A stretch of 64,000 nt of DNA, taken from Octopus bimaculoides (taxonomy: Eukaryota). Position numbers and translations under genes: made by a program. This document shows, in pieces, positions 63,716 through 64,000 of the stretch (its first letter is position 1; the number at the start of each line of letters is the position of its first letter). Under the pieces are notes generated by a model, which made no database searches, was not told the origin of the DNA, and was given only the letters and a program-made list of their open reading frames with translations. The stretch covers positions 54,636,295 through 54,700,294 of the forward strand of contig NC_068992.1 of the NCBI RefSeq assembly GCF_001194135.2, written 5' to 3'.

Positions 63716-64000
63716 TTGGTGCAAGTATAGTTGTGTGATAAGAAGTTTGCTCTCCAACCTCATGGTTCTGGGTTCAGTCCCACTGTGTTGCACCTATAGT
63801 GTGCAACATACTATAGTGTCATCTATTATAGCCTTGGGCCCCATTAGCGTAAGCGTAACTAGAGTATGTGTCGTTTGAGGTGGCCCTTCCTTTTGCCACC
63901 CTGATATCCCACAAAAAACCACAGCTGCTGTAGTTGAAGGTGAACAGAACTGCATACTTCATCAGCTTTTCCCTGATACCACTTACTTTGCTCCCTCACC

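Larger units (their letters stand above)
53788..64000 (+). other. Probable long intron 1 of the FBXO33-like gene, filled with SINEs, microsatellites and DNA-transposon remnants
   Basis: Follows the donor at 53657; no convincing phase-2 coding exon was recognised to the window end. Confidence 0.45.

Noticed and set aside
1-64000. CRISPR arrays, rRNA genes, prokaryotic operons
   Set aside because: None seen; the DNA is eukaryotic with spliceosomal introns.

Overview
Eukaryotic, AT-rich, repeat-saturated genomic DNA with many assembly gaps. It is probably an octopod cephalopod (inferred from recognisable SINE and microsatellite families, not from a search). Two host genes are supported. (1) A four-exon MICOS10/MIC10 gene on the minus strand (CDS exons 25561-25639, 23678-23725, 20884-20993, 18790-18813; 86 aa). 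The ORF track does not show it because the exons are short. (2) The first coding exon of an FBXO33-like F-box gene (52590-53656, +) carrying a ~200-aa trinucleotide-repeat low-complexity insert; its later exons were not found. The rest is transposon debris: several tRNA-headed SINE families (one mobilised as a dimer, one with an internal microsatellite), R4/Dong-, Hero-, RTE- and CR1/Jockey-like LINE remnants, two solo LTRs, pogo, Tc1, two mariner, Helitron and Kolobok-like remnants, and several MITEs. The most unusual items are a ~220-bp foldback element built from head-to-head TTAGGG/CCCTAA arrays inside unique inverted repeats (35406-35622), four minimal hammerhead-ribozyme-like motifs (one with a CUGUUGA core), a near-perfect 50-bp-arm hairpin (14024-14157) and a TIR-bounded SAP+SWIM mini-element with a TATA target duplication.
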